Source: an uncultured Gammaproteobacteria bacterium
GTDB lineage: Bacteria; Pseudomonadota; Gammaproteobacteria; UBA9214
Direction of reading: 5' to 3'
DNA length: 64,000 nucleotides
NCBI GenBank assembly: GCA_963773065.1
Contig: CAVYZN010000032.1
Coordinates: forward strand, 256,001 to 320,000
A program made the position numbers and the translations under genes. Positions 38,657 to 49,234 of the stretch are shown one piece after another. Position 1 is the first letter of the stretch; every line of letters starts with the position of its first letter. The notes under the pieces were generated by a model that was not told the origin of the DNA, made no database searches, and saw nothing but the letters and a program-made list of their open reading frames with translations.

Positions 38657-39298
38657 TCAAACGCCATACCGTGTGCGGTAGTCGAGTATTTTCTTGACAT
38701 CGTCACCGCGATCCGGTTTCTTCCGCAGATACCGCACCAGGTGTTCCAGTGTTACGATGCTGATAACCGTTATTCCCAGCGTCTCCTCGACTTCCTGGAT
38801 GGCCGAGCGTTCATCACGGCCCCGTTCCTGGCGGTCCAGTGCGATGACCACGCCGGCCGGCGTGGCGCCGGCGGCCTGGATGATGTCGACGGACTCACGA
38901 ATGGCGGTACCCGCCGTGATGACATCGTCGATGATCAGCACCCTGCCGGATAATCCGGCGCCAACCAGATTCCCGCCTTCGCCATGGTCCTTGGTTTCCT
39001 TGCGGTTGAAACACCAGGGTACGTCACGGTTGTGGTGATCCGCCAGGGCAATGCCGGCCGCCGCTGCCAGGGGGATGCCCTTGTAGGCCGGCCCGAACAG
39101 GACATCAAAACGGATCCGGTTGTCGACGATGGCCTGCGCGTAGAAACGTCCCAGTCGGGCGAGGTGTTTGCCGGTATTGAACAATCCTGCATTGAAGAAA
39201 TAAGGACTGAGACGTCCCGACTTGAGGGTGAAATCGCCAAAACGCAGCACGCCGGCGTCGATGGCAAATTCAATAAATTCGTGTTGGTAGGCTTTCAT
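38657..39298 (-). CDS. pyrE: Orotate phosphoribosyltransferase
   Basis: [46 protein letters not shown]. Confidence 0.97.
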   Translation of the reverse strand: MKAYQHEFIEFAIDAGVLRFGDFTLKSGRLSPYFFNAGLFNTGKHLARLGRFYAQAIVDNRIRFDVLFGPAYKGIPLAAAAGIALADHHNRDVPWCFNRKETKDHGEGGNLVGAGLSGRVLIIDDVITAGTAIRESVDIIQAAGATPAGVVIALDRQERGRDERSAIQEVEETLGITVISIVTLEHLVRYLRKKPDRGDDVKKILDYRTRYGV

Positions 39299-39511
39299 TA
39301 TCGGACAGACTGGTTCAATAATTGACCGCTGCGGCGCAGAGGACGTGATCGGCATTGCCCGTTTGTGGCAGCCGGGAAGATCCGGCAAGAAATTTCCTAC
39401 GTTATCGGTATCCATGGCGTTCTCTGTATCGCTACGGTGAAAGACTAGGCCCGGGCAGACGAATCATCGACGACCCGCTATCATACACGCGGAATCGAGT
39501 CAGGGAAAAAC

Positions 39512-40285
39512 ATGCGCATCATCACCATCAATGTGAACGGCATACGTTCGGCCGCCGGCAAGGGTTTCTTTCAATGGATGGTCCGGCAGCAGGCGGATGT
39601 GGTTTGCCTGCAGGAAACCAAGGCGCAGTTGCAACAGCTTGAAGATCAGGTATTCCAGCCGCGCGGCTGGCACGCGTATTTTCACGATGCCGAGAAGAAG
39701 GGTTACAGCGGCGTCGCCATCTACACCCGGCGCAGGCCCGACAAGGTCATTACCGGCCTGGGGTGGCCGGATATGGATGCCGAAGGGCGTTTTATCGAGG
39801 CGCGCTACGGGGCGCTGAGCGTGATCTCGCTATACCTGCCCTCCGGCTCCTCCGGCGAGGAACGCCAGGCCATCAAGTTCAGCTTTCTCGACCGCTTCAT
39901 GCCTTATCTGCGCAAGCTGCGTCTCAAGCGGCGTGAATACATCCTCTGCGGCGACTGGAATATCGCGCACCGGCAGATCGACCTGAAAAACTGGCGCGGC
40001 AACCAGAAGAACTCCGGTTTTTTGCCGCAGGAGCGTGCCTGGATGGATGAGTTGTTTGGCGATGCCGGCTATGTAGACGCCTTCCGGGTGGTGAACCAGG
40101 AACCGGACCAGTACACCTGGTGGTCTAACCGCGGCCAGGCTTGGGCCAAAAATGTCGGATGGCGCATCGACTACCAGGTCGTCAGTCCAGGGCTGGCCGG
40201 ACTGGTGCGGGGCGCGCGCATCTACAAGGCCAAACGCTTCTCCGACCATGCGCCGCTGATTATGGATTACGATTATCAGTTGTAG
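39512..40285 (+). CDS. xth: Exodeoxyribonuclease III / AP endonuclease (positional Crc homologue)
   Basis: NVNGIRS, LQETK, GYSGVA, CGDWNIAH, YTWWSNRG, GWRIDY, SDHAP. Confidence 0.9.
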   Translation: MRIITINVNGIRSAAGKGFFQWMVRQQADVVCLQETKAQLQQLEDQVFQPRGWHAYFHDAEKKGYSGVAIYTRRRPDKVITGLGWPDMDAEGRFIEARYGALSVISLYLPSGSSGEERQAIKFSFLDRFMPYLRKLRLKRREYILCGDWNIAHRQIDLKNWRGNQKNSGFLPQERAWMDELFGDAGYVDAFRVVNQEPDQYTWWSNRGQAWAKNVGWRIDYQVVSPGLAGLVRGARIYKAKRFSDHAPLIMDYDYQL

Positions 40286-40343
40286 CGGTGATGCGGGTTG
40301 ATCGTCCCTTTCACGGTTGGAGCCGGTAGGGGTGCGTTGTTGA

Positions 40344-40416
40344 ACCGCCAAGAATGCCAAGATTTTTCACTTTATATTTAGAACGTTTTTCCTGACTTCC
40401 TTGGTGTCTTGGCGGT
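40344..40416. repeat. Palindromic repeat, ACCGC(C)AAGAC family, copy 3
   Basis: Arms ACCGCCAAGAATGCCAAG and CTTGGTGTCTTGGCGGT around an AT-rich spacer between convergent xth and ampG. Confidence 0.6.
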
Positions 40417-40444
40417 GGGCGAATCATTCAGGGATTCTTTCCGG

Positions 40445-41938
40445 CTAGCGCTGTCCCCAGTCTTGCTGCTGTTCCGCATACGCCATCATCTTCCTGACCC
40501 ACGGCAGCAGCAGGTAGGCAGGGAAGGCGAGAAAGAAGGTCAGCAGAAAATAATCGGCGTAGCCGAGGGTCTCGGCGCCATACCCCCCGGCCCAGCCGGA
40601 GACGGAACGACTCAGCGCGAACACGGAAGACAGCAGCGCATACTCCGTGGCCGAGTGTCTTTTGTTGACGATGGACATCAGGAAGGCGAGAAAGGCCGCG
40701 GTGCCCAGTCCGCCAGTGAAGGATTCGATGGCGCTGGCGAGGTACATCAGCACCTGATGGTTAGCGGCGATGGGGGTGCCCGGGGCGATGGCCGGGATGA
40801 CGCTGGCGGCCCAGGCGTAGCCCAGATTGGAGGCCGCCTGCAGCAGGCCTAGCACCCATAATCCTCTGAAAATACCCACCCGGTCGGTAAACCAGCCGCC
40901 CGTGATGCCGCCGGCAATGGACAGGCCCAGACCGATATTCACCGAGACCAGACCGATCTGGGTGGCGGTGAAGCCGCTGTCGACCCAGAAGGGTTTGATC
41001 ATGAAGCCCATGGCGCTGTCGCCGAGCTTGAACACCAGTATGAACAGGATGACCGGGAGTATGTAGGGCCGTTGCAGCATGTCCAGCAGGGCGCCGAACA
41101 TCGGACCTTCGACGAGTGGTGCGCGCGCGATCGCGCGCTTGCGCCCCCCCCGTCGAGAATACATTTCACTGCACAGGATCAGCAGCGCGGCGCTGGCAAG
41201 GGCATACCGCCAGAAATGGTCGATGGCGTCAGACCATGCCGCGGTACGGTCTATCAGCCACAGCACACCCAGCAGGAACAGGATAACGACTGTGAAGGCC
41301 AGCGGATGGGCCAGCAAGCCTCGCAGTTCATTGGCAAGTGTAATGCCCGCGACCGTTTCAACGTCCCGCTCCCGTGGCGCCTTGAGGCAGGCCAGCCCGG
41401 CCAGGAGAAAAATGCCGGCTCCCGCGATATAGGCGCCTGGCCAGCCAAGGATATCGGCGAATATCAGGATGAAGCCTGCCGCCAGCATGCCGACGCGGTA
41501 GAAGGCGATGCGCAGTCCATTGGCACGTCCAAGTTCGCGCTTGTCGAGCATTTCAATGGTGAAGCCGTCGATGGCGATGTCGTTGGTGGCCGAGAGCAGG
41601 GTGAAGGTACCGATGGCAACCCAGACCCAGGGACCGAACTCGGCATATACCGCGAATACCAGCAGGATAGCGCCCATGAGGAAATCGGCGCCGAACATCC
41701 AGCGCCGGTGATGCCGGAAATGATCCACCGCCGGGGCCCACAGGAACTTCAGGGTCCAGGTCAGGCCGAGCAGGCTAAGGAAACCGATCCCGGTGAGGTT
41801 CACTCCCTGTTGGCGAAAATGTACGGGAAAGACATCGTAGAAAACGCCCAGGGGGAAACCCTCGGCGAAATAGAGGATGCCGACCCAGAACAACTTCGAC
41901 TGAAGCAAAACTGGGGATGTATGTTTGCTTTCGATCAA
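40445..41938 (-). CDS. ampG: AmpG-like MFS permease
   Basis: LYFAEGFP, WTLKFLWAPAVD, SATNDIAIDG, FKLGD, ATEYALLSS. Confidence 0.85.
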   Translation of the reverse strand: MIESKHTSPVLLQSKLFWVGILYFAEGFPLGVFYDVFPVHFRQQGVNLTGIGFLSLLGLTWTLKFLWAPAVDHFRHHRRWMFGADFLMGAILLVFAVYAEFGPWVWVAIGTFTLLSATNDIAIDGFTIEMLDKRELGRANGLRIAFYRVGMLAAGFILIFADILGWPGAYIAGAGIFLLAGLACLKAPRERDVETVAGITLANELRGLLAHPLAFTVVILFLLGVLWLIDRTAAWSDAIDHFWRYALASAALLILCSEMYSRRGGRKRAIARAPLVEGPMFGALLDMLQRPYILPVILFILVFKLGDSAMGFMIKPFWVDSGFTATQIGLVSVNIGLGLSIAGGITGGWFTDRVGIFRGLWVLGLLQAASNLGYAWAASVIPAIAPGTPIAANHQVLMYLASAIESFTGGLGTAAFLAFLMSIVNKRHSATEYALLSSVFALSRSVSGWAGGYGAETLGYADYFLLTFFLAFPAYLLLPWVRKMMAYAEQQQDWGQR

Positions 41939-42055
41939 TGGGATGTATCTTGTCGTTGTTCAGTCATCAGTGCGTGCCGCCATTGCTGTGCGCTGCTGCG
42001 GGCGGGTGTGCGCTGTGATCCCTTCAGGCGTGGAGACCGTAGCAGTTTATGAGCA

Positions 42056-42088
42056 AAAACGCCCGGATTCGTTCGAGCCGGGCGTTTT
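42056..42088 (-). terminator. Rho-independent terminator after the DUF4426 gene
   Basis: AAAACGCCCGG...CCGGGCGTTTT inverted repeat with T-tract on the minus strand. Confidence 0.8.
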
Positions 42089-42113
42089 GACCGCGGCTGG
42101 CATCTGCAACCGT

Positions 42114-42566
42114 TCAGTGGGTGTAGAAGTCCTGACTGAAATCTATCTTGAAGTATTCCTGTGTGCCCTGGGGATGCACCCTGACATCGAATTTCACGCT
42201 CTCTTCGTTGGCGACGCCGAATTCTCCGATGTAGTAGATGGCGTTCCCCTCGCGTACTTCGCGCATGTGTATCTTCCTGCTCTGCCCGTTGAGGTTAGTC
42301 GCGGTCGCTTCAACCTGGGCGTGTACCGGTTGACCGGGGCTGCCGAGTACTTTCTTCAATACCGTGATGTTCACCATGCCGTTATTCTGGCTGCGGGTGA
42401 TATGGTATTCACGCGCAACATCGGGAGTCAGCATGTCAGTTGCGAGCGAGTTGAAGTGAACTACATAATCGCCAAAATCCCGCGAATTCTCCGCGTGCAC
42501 GCTCAGAGTTGCGCAGGTGAACGCCAGTCCGGACAGCCATGCAATCCCGATACGTTTCAGACTCAA
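42114..42566 (-). CDS. DUF4426 exported protein
   Basis: SD GAGGAG with TTG start; signal peptide; VHFNSL.TDMLTPDVAREYHITRS; REGNAIYYIGEF. Confidence 0.85.
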   Translation of the reverse strand: MSLKRIGIAWLSGLAFTCATLSVHAENSRDFGDYVVHFNSLATDMLTPDVAREYHITRSQNNGMVNITVLKKVLGSPGQPVHAQVEATATNLNGQSRKIHMREVREGNAIYYIGEFGVANEESVKFDVRVHPQGTQEYFKIDFSQDFYTH

Positions 42567-42750
42567 ATATCTCTCCTCTCTGATATTCACGCGGCTGATC
42601 ATAGCTTGTTGTTCTCCACATACCCTGGTTTACCGCTCTGTCGATAACTTATCAGGCACACGCGCATAGGTACAATATCTTTCACGCACACGCATCCGGT
42701 TGCACGGCGGGCGCAGATCCCATGCGTGGCGGCACCGGTTGGCACCCGCC

Positions 42751-43047
42751 TCAGGGTGTCGCGGCCTTGATCTCATCCGGCAGCCTGCGGGGCCGGCGTA
42801 TGCGCAGGCGTTTGCTGCGGCTGCCATGGCCGGACAACAACTCGACCTGGCTGCGCGGTACGTCGAACAGCTTTGACAGGTAACGTATCAGGTGATCGTT
42901 GGCTCTGCCGTCAACCGGCGTCGCGGTGATCTTGATTTTCAAACGATCGCCATGCGTGCCGGCCAGCGTGTCGTTAGACGCCCCTGGCTGCAAGTGGATG
43001 GCGAGGATCAGGTCGTCACTTTCCCAGTGATACCAGGGGACAGGCAT
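42751..43047 (-). CDS. yggU: DUF167 (YggU) protein
   Basis: LQPGAS, LKIKITATPVDGRAN, GHGSRSKR. Confidence 0.92.
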   Translation of the reverse strand: MPVPWYHWESDDLILAIHLQPGASNDTLAGTHGDRLKIKITATPVDGRANDHLIRYLSKLFDVPRSQVELLSGHGSRSKRLRIRRPRRLPDEIKAATP

Positions 43048-43055
43048 GTCGGGGT

Positions 43056-43610
43056 TCAGACGAGCAGCGGCAGGACCAACATCCTGAGGACCTGCAAGCC
43101 GATAAGCGCAAACAATGGCGACAGGTCAATGCCGGCTATGGGCGGGAGGAGTTGCCGTATTGGCCGCAGCAGCGGGCTGGTGAGGCTGTGCAGCAGTGAA
43201 TTGACCGGGTTGTAGCTACCCGGGTTCATCCAACTGATGATGACCTGGACGATAATGGCGAAGATGAAGACATTGATCAGCAGCGAGAACAGAGTGGCCA
43301 GCGTGGCGATGATCAGTACCGCGGAGGATATGCCTTCTCCCCGCAGCAGCAGAATCAATGTGAGCGATACCAGTTGCAGGATGATCATCAGTATCACGGC
43401 CGCCGAGTCAAACTTGCCGATGCTGGGTATAATCTTGCGCAACGGCACCAGCAGGGGATTGGTGATGCGTACCAGGAACTGGCTTATGGGATTGTAGAAA
43501 TCGGCGTGCACCGCGCCGAACAGAAAGCGCAACATGACAGCCAGAATGTACAGGCTGAACAGGGTGCTGATGAGGAACTCCAGCGGATTGATAAGGTAAT
43601 CGTCGCCCAT
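43056..43610 (-). CDS. yggT: YggT membrane protein
   Basis: ADFYNPISQFLVRITNP, PLLRPIRQLLPPIAGIDLSP. Confidence 0.93.
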   Translation of the reverse strand: MGDDYLINPLEFLISTLFSLYILAVMLRFLFGAVHADFYNPISQFLVRITNPLLVPLRKIIPSIGKFDSAAVILMIILQLVSLTLILLLRGEGISSAVLIIATLATLFSLLINVFIFAIIVQVIISWMNPGSYNPVNSLLHSLTSPLLRPIRQLLPPIAGIDLSPLFALIGLQVLRMLVLPLLV

Positions 43611-44437
43611 TATTTCCTGCCGAATTCCGCGGCCAGCTCACGGGATCGGTCGGCGGCGGCCCGCAACGCTTGTAGAACTATCCCCTCGAAGTTGTTTTCC
43701 TTGAATACTCCGATGGCGCGTTCCGTGGTTCCACCCGGGGAGGTCACGCGGCGTCTGAGTTTCGCGGCATCCTCATCGCTTTCCAGGGCCATCTTGGCCG
43801 CGCCGAAGGCGGTTTGCAGCGCCAGCAGCCGGGCCGTGTCCTCAGGCAGGCCCAGTTGGCTGCCGGCGGATGTCAGCGCTTCCATCAGCAGGAAGAAGTA
43901 GGCCGGGCCACTGCCAGAGAGGGCGGTAACGGCATCCATCATGGCCTCATCATCCACCCAGATGGCAAGGCCGACGGCGCGCAGGATGGATTCGGCCAGG
44001 TTGCGCTGTTCCTCGCTGACGACGGAGTTCGCATACAGAGCGGTGGCGCCACATTGCACCAGGGCCGGTGTGTTCGGCATGGTGCGGACGATGGCGGTCT
44101 CTTCCCCCAGCCAGTCGCGCAGCGAGGTTTCGCGTATGCCGGCGGCAATCGAGATGACCAGCGGATGCCGCTCATTGATGAGCGGCGCCAATTCCTCGGC
44201 AACGGTCCTGATGACCTGTGGCTTGACGGCCAGCACGACCGCGTCGGCGTGTTTGACGGCTGTGCGGTTGTCCGCCGTGGTTATGACGGAAAAGCGCCGG
44301 GCGAGACGTCCGGTCTGCTGCGGGTCAGGATCAGCGACGTGAATCCGCGCGGGCTTCCAGCCATCCGCGATCAGGCCCCCGACCAGGCTACCGGTCATGT
44401 TGCCGCCGCCGATAAAGGCGAGTGTGGTCTCGGTCAT
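43610..44437 (-). CDS. proC: Pyrroline-5-carboxylate reductase
   Basis: FIGGGNM, LAVKPQ, RTMPNTP, LSGSGPAY, VTSPGGTT. Confidence 0.96.
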   Translation of the reverse strand: MTETTLAFIGGGNMTGSLVGGLIADGWKPARIHVADPDPQQTGRLARRFSVITTADNRTAVKHADAVVLAVKPQVIRTVAEELAPLINERHPLVISIAAGIRETSLRDWLGEETAIVRTMPNTPALVQCGATALYANSVVSEEQRNLAESILRAVGLAIWVDDEAMMDAVTALSGSGPAYFFLLMEALTSAGSQLGLPEDTARLLALQTAFGAAKMALESDEDAAKLRRRVTSPGGTTERAIGVFKENNFEGIVLQALRAAADRSRELAAEFGRK

Positions 44438-44795
44438 GGGCAATGACAATACATGATGAAAGCGTGGCAGGACAAGCCGTAGTCCACTCCATGTCAAAGC
44501 ATAGGGGAACAGCCATGCGGGGTAGTCCGTGGTTATCGGGACGCCTGACTACGTGAATTATTCCATGGCAGGATACTTTGTTTATGCTTGCTAAATTGCC
44601 ATATATCGGCATACTCCAAGCACAGGCCTACGGCAACTGAGCGCAGGGTCGAGGCGTAGTTCCTGATGAATCGATGTAAACGGCAGATACATCACACTGT
44701 CCAGCGTGCGCGGAATGTCGTTGGCAGGGAATATTTCAAGGATTCAATGTCACTGTCGATATGCTGTAACCGGCAATAAATGTAATGGAGCAGGC

Positions 44796-45833
44796 ATGGA
44801 TATCGCTGAGCTACTCACCTTCAGTGTCAAAAACGGTGCATCGGACCTTCACCTGTCCGCGGGCCTTCCGCCGATGATCCGTGTGGATGGCGACGTTCGC
44901 AAGATCAATGTCCCGGCGCTGGATCACAAGACCGTGCACGGCCTGGTCTATGACATCATGAATGACAAGCAGCGCAAGGACTATGAAGAGTTTCTGGAAA
45001 CCGACTTTTCCTTCGAGATCCCCGAACTTGCCCGCTTCCGTGTCAACGCCTTCAACCAAAACCGGGGCGCCGGGGCGGTATTCCGTACCATTCCTTCGGA
45101 TATTCTCAGTCTGGAAGACTTGGGAACACCTCCCATCTTCAAGAAAATCGCCGATAACCCGCGCGGCCTGGTGCTGGTCACCGGTCCAACCGGTTCGGGC
45201 AAATCCACCACCCTGGCGGCGATGATCGACTACATCAACAACAAGGCGTATGCGCACATCCTGACCATCGAGGACCCCATCGAATTTGTACACGAGAGCA
45301 AGAAATGCCTCATCAACCAGCGCGAGGTGCACCGCGATACCCACGGATTCAATGAGGCGCTGCGCTCTGCCTTGCGTGAAGATCCGGACATCATCCTCGT
45401 CGGTGAAATGCGTGACCTGGAGACCATCCGGCTCGCGCTGACCGCGGCCGAGACCGGCCACCTCGTGTTCGGCACGCTGCATACCAGTTCGGCGGCGAAG
45501 ACCATTGACCGTATAATTGACGTGTTCCCTGCCGCCGAAAAGACCATGGTGCGCTCCATGTTGTCCGAATCACTGCGTGCGGTAATCGCCCAGACGCTGA
45601 TGAAGAAGATCGGGGGCGGGCGTATCGCGGGCTGGGAGATCATGATCGGCACGCCGGCGATTCGCAACCTGATTCGTGAAGACAAAGTGGCCCAGATGTA
45701 TTCCTCCATACAGACCGGGCAGGCCCACGGGATGATCACCATGGACCAGTATCTGCAGGACCTGGTTTCGCGCGGCTTGGTAACGGTACAGGATGCGCGC
45801 GCCAAGGCGGTCAGCAAGGAATCGTTCCAGTAA
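44796..45833 (+). CDS. pilT: Type IV pilus retraction ATPase PilT
   Basis: ASDLHLSAG, GPTGSGKSTT, EDPIE, GEMRD, AIRNLIRE. Confidence 0.97.
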   Translation: MDIAELLTFSVKNGASDLHLSAGLPPMIRVDGDVRKINVPALDHKTVHGLVYDIMNDKQRKDYEEFLETDFSFEIPELARFRVNAFNQNRGAGAVFRTIPSDILSLEDLGTPPIFKKIADNPRGLVLVTGPTGSGKSTTLAAMIDYINNKAYAHILTIEDPIEFVHESKKCLINQREVHRDTHGFNEALRSALREDPDIILVGEMRDLETIRLALTAAETGHLVFGTLHTSSAAKTIDRIIDVFPAAEKTMVRSMLSESLRAVIAQTLMKKIGGGRIAGWEIMIGTPAIRNLIREDKVAQMYSSIQTGQAHGMITMDQYLQDLVSRGLVTVQDARAKAVSKESFQ

Positions 45834-45853
45834 TTTACACACGGAGAACGCCG

Positions 45854-46990
45854 ATGGACGTATCTTCATTACTCAAGTTGATGGACCAGAAAAAGGCCTC
45901 GGATCTTTTTATCACCGCCGGTTTGCCGCCGAGCATGAAGGTCGATGGACGCATCACCCCGATTACCCAGTCGCCGCTTACGCCGCTGGAGACCGCGGAG
46001 ATCGTTGCCAGCATGATGACGCCGGCGCAGCGTGATGAGTTCGAGGCGACCCACGAATGCAACTTTGCGATCAGCGAATCCGGCGTCGGCCGCTTCCGCG
46101 CCAGCGCCTTTTACCAGCGCGGCCAGGTCGGCGTCGTGCTGCGGCGCATCGAGACCTACATTCCGACCATCGAGGAATTGAAACTGCCGCCGATCCTCAA
46201 GAATCTGTCCATGACCAAACGCGGACTGATCATCTTCATCGGCGCGACCGGTACCGGCAAGTCCACCTCGCTCGCGGCCATGATCGGTTACCGCAACAAG
46301 AACGGATCCGGACATATCGTGACCATCGAGGACCCGATCGAGTTTGTGCACAATCACCAGAACTGCATCATTACCCAGCGCGATGTGGGGATCGATACCG
46401 AATCCTACGAGGTGGCGCTGAAGAACACCCTGCGTCAGGCGCCGGATGTCATCCTGCTCGGCGAGGTCCGTGACCGGGAAACGATGAAATATGCCATCGC
46501 CTTCGCCGAAACCGGCCACCTTTGCCTGGCGACGCTGCACGCGAACAACGCCAACGGCGCCATGGACCGCATCATCAACTTTTTCCCCGAGGATCGCAGG
46601 CCACAGTTGTTCATGGATCTGTCCCTGAACCTGAAGGCCTTCATCGCCCAGCAACTGATTCCGCGGGCGGACGGCAAGGGGCGCCGCGTGTGCGTGGAAA
46701 TCCTGCTCGGCACGCCGCTGGCGCACGACCTGATACGCAAGGGCGAGGTGCACAAGCTGAAGGACCTGATGAAACAATCACGCCAGCAGGGCATGGTTAC
46801 CTTCGACCAGGCATTGTTCGAACTCTACAAGGCGGGTGAGATCACCTACGACGATGCCCTGCACTACGCGGATTCAGCCAACGAAGTCCGCCTGATGATC
46901 AAGCTCGACAAGGGCGACGTCGACCAGTATGCGGCCGCTATGCAAGGCATTGAACTGGTCGAGGAAGATGATGTGATGAGACGGCGATGA
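45854..46990 (+). CDS. pilU: Type IV pilus ATPase PilU
   Basis: ASDLFITAG, GATGTGKSTS, LRQAPD, LHANNAN, ADSANEVRL. Confidence 0.96.
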   Translation: MDVSSLLKLMDQKKASDLFITAGLPPSMKVDGRITPITQSPLTPLETAEIVASMMTPAQRDEFEATHECNFAISESGVGRFRASAFYQRGQVGVVLRRIETYIPTIEELKLPPILKNLSMTKRGLIIFIGATGTGKSTSLAAMIGYRNKNGSGHIVTIEDPIEFVHNHQNCIITQRDVGIDTESYEVALKNTLRQAPDVILLGEVRDRETMKYAIAFAETGHLCLATLHANNANGAMDRIINFFPEDRRPQLFMDLSLNLKAFIAQQLIPRADGKGRRVCVEILLGTPLAHDLIRKGEVHKLKDLMKQSRQQGMVTFDQALFELYKAGEITYDDALHYADSANEVRLMIKLDKGDVDQYAAAMQGIELVEEDDVMRRR

Positions 46991-47008
46991 GCCGTGCTTG
47001 GCGCCCCT

Positions 47009-47914
47009 TCACCAGTCGATAAGGGCGGCGTCGAAGACCGGGCCGTCCACGCACACGCGCTTCATCGCGGGTCCATACGGTGTGGTGATCCTTACCGTAC
47101 AGCCGGCGCAACCCCCCACGGCACACGCCATGAATTCTTCCAGTGACACCTGGCATGGCAGGGCGTACTCCCGCGCCAGCCTGGCGCTTGCTTCCAGCAT
47201 CGGATGCGGCCCGCAGGCATAAATGCCGACCTCGGCAAGCTCCTCGTCAGTCATCGCATCCAGCCAGCCGCGCGCCAGGTCGGTGATGTAGCCCTGGAAG
47301 CATCCTGGGTATTCCTGAAGACTGGCCAGCCGGCTGGGGACGCCCCAGTCATCGAGCAAGGGCATGGCGGCGATCACGTCGTCCGCTACCCCGGGCACGA
47401 GCATACGCGACGGTCGTGCGGAAAAGGGGAACGGCACCTCCGAGCCCATCAGGACCAGCGGTCGCCAATGCCTGTCGGCGCGCATGCTGTCGGCGAGGAA
47501 GATCATCGGCGGAATGCCGACGCCACCGCCCAGCAGCAGGGCGCGCGGGCGTGACCGGTCCTGTTTGAACGGTGTTCCGATGGGTGCGATCAGATTGAGC
47601 GTCTCACCGGCTTTTCTTTGGGATAGCGCGTGGGTGCCCCTGCCCACATCCTTGTAGAGAAATTCAATCCATCCCCGGCCGGCATCGGCCCGCATGATCG
47701 ACAGGGGCCGGCGCATGGGCAGTGAGGGCGCGCACTGGATATGCGCGAAGCTCCCCGGCAGGGCATGGATGGCGCACCGCGGCGCCGCCACCCGCAGGAC
47801 ATACTGATCCCCTGGGTGGCTGTCATGGGTAAGGATGACGGCGTCTTCAACGAATAGCGTATTGCGGTGCGCTTTGGCGCTGGTTTGGGGCAGGGGCGTG
47901 GTTCCAGTCGGCAT
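47009..47914 (-). CDS. pyrK: Dihydroorotate dehydrogenase electron-transfer subunit
   Basis: RRPLSI, GGGVGIPP, ACGP; [2Fe-2S] MACAVGGCAGC...VCVDGPVF. Confidence 0.9.
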   Translation of the reverse strand: MPTGTTPLPQTSAKAHRNTLFVEDAVILTHDSHPGDQYVLRVAAPRCAIHALPGSFAHIQCAPSLPMRRPLSIMRADAGRGWIEFLYKDVGRGTHALSQRKAGETLNLIAPIGTPFKQDRSRPRALLLGGGVGIPPMIFLADSMRADRHWRPLVLMGSEVPFPFSARPSRMLVPGVADDVIAAMPLLDDWGVPSRLASLQEYPGCFQGYITDLARGWLDAMTDEELAEVGIYACGPHPMLEASARLAREYALPCQVSLEEFMACAVGGCAGCTVRITTPYGPAMKRVCVDGPVFDAALIDW

Positions 47915-47922
47915 CGGGCGGG

Positions 47923-49230
47923 TCAGCCTGCAAGGCAATGAACCAGTTTGCCGGCGAGCAGGGTGTGCGTGGCGCGTCCTTTCATTTCCCAGCCCATGAA
48001 GGGCGTGTTGTGCCCATTGCTTTTGATCGTGTCCCTATCCAGTCGCCAGATCAGGTCAGGGTCGAAAACGCAGACATCGGCCGATGCGCCGACCGACAGG
48101 GTGCCGTAGGGCAGCCCCAGAATGCTCGCCGGGCCCGCCGTCAGACGGTGTATCAGATCGCCAAGTTCGATGACCTGTTCATCGACAAGGCGCAGTCCGA
48201 GCGGCAGCAGGGTATCGAGTCCCGATATGCCGGGTTCCGTTGACGGGAAAGAGCGCAGTTTCGCGTCCGGTTCATGGGGCTGGTGGTCCGAGCAGATTGC
48301 CGACAGGGTGCCGCGCTGCAGGGCGCCGCGCAGGTGCTGCCGGTCCTCCATCGTGCGCAACGGCGGAATGACATGGCAGCGGCTGTCGAAATCGCTGATA
48401 TCGACTTCCGTCAGATACAGGTAGGGGATGGCGGCATCCGCCGTGACCGGCAGGCCGTCAAACTGAGCGCGGGCCACCATGTGCACGGCCCTGGCGGTCG
48501 TCAGGTGACAGAAATGCGCGCGTATCCCGGTCTGCTCGATGAGCGTCAGGTCACGCGCCACGGCCGCCGTTTCGGCGGCTTCCGGGATGCCGGGCAATCC
48601 CAGACGCGTGGCCACCCTGCCTTCGTGGGCGCAGCCATTAGCCGACAGCCAGTGATCATCGGCATGGAGAAAAACGGTCAGGTCGAAAGTAGCGGCGTAC
48701 TCCAGCGCACGTCGTTGTACCAGGGTATTGGCAAGCGGGCGCAGGGCGTTGCTGACTCCGACACAGCCCGCATTCTTCAATGCCGCCATCTCGCTCAAAC
48801 GCTCCCCGTCCAGGCCATGGGTCAGCGCGCCCAGGGTGACGATGCGTGTTTTTCCTACCGTCTCGGCGCGCCGACGGATCAGCTCGATGTCGGCCGGGGT
48901 TTCAACGACCGGATTGGTGTCGGGAGGGCAGCACAGCGTGGTGATGCCGCCGCTCGCGGCTGCCATCGACTCCGTCGCGATAGTCGCCTTGTATTCCTGT
49001 CCCGGTTCACGCACCCTGGCACAGAGATCCACCAGACCCGGACAGACTATGCAACCGCTGGCATCGATTTCCTGCGCGGCCCTGAAGCCGTCCGGTGCGT
49101 TGCCGAGCGCGGCAATCCGGCCATCCGCGATATACACGTCCAGGATGCCATCGACTTTGTTGGCCGGGTCGATTACCCGTCCGCCCTTGAGTCGCAAAGT
49201 GTGTGTCTGTTTTGCCCGCGATGGTGACAT
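47923..49230 (-). CDS. pyrC: Dihydroorotase-like protein, probably the inactive PyrC' partner of ATCase
   Basis: PGLVDLCARVREPG (metal-binding HxH replaced), PPDT, SDHQPH, NTPFMG; follows pyrB. Confidence 0.88.
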   Translation of the reverse strand: MSPSRAKQTHTLRLKGGRVIDPANKVDGILDVYIADGRIAALGNAPDGFRAAQEIDASGCIVCPGLVDLCARVREPGQEYKATIATESMAAASGGITTLCCPPDTNPVVETPADIELIRRRAETVGKTRIVTLGALTHGLDGERLSEMAALKNAGCVGVSNALRPLANTLVQRRALEYAATFDLTVFLHADDHWLSANGCAHEGRVATRLGLPGIPEAAETAAVARDLTLIEQTGIRAHFCHLTTARAVHMVARAQFDGLPVTADAAIPYLYLTEVDISDFDSRCHVIPPLRTMEDRQHLRGALQRGTLSAICSDHQPHEPDAKLRSFPSTEPGISGLDTLLPLGLRLVDEQVIELGDLIHRLTAGPASILGLPYGTLSVGASADVCVFDPDLIWRLDRDTIKSNGHNTPFMGWEMKGRATHTLLAGKLVHCLAG

Positions 49231-49234
49231 GAGG

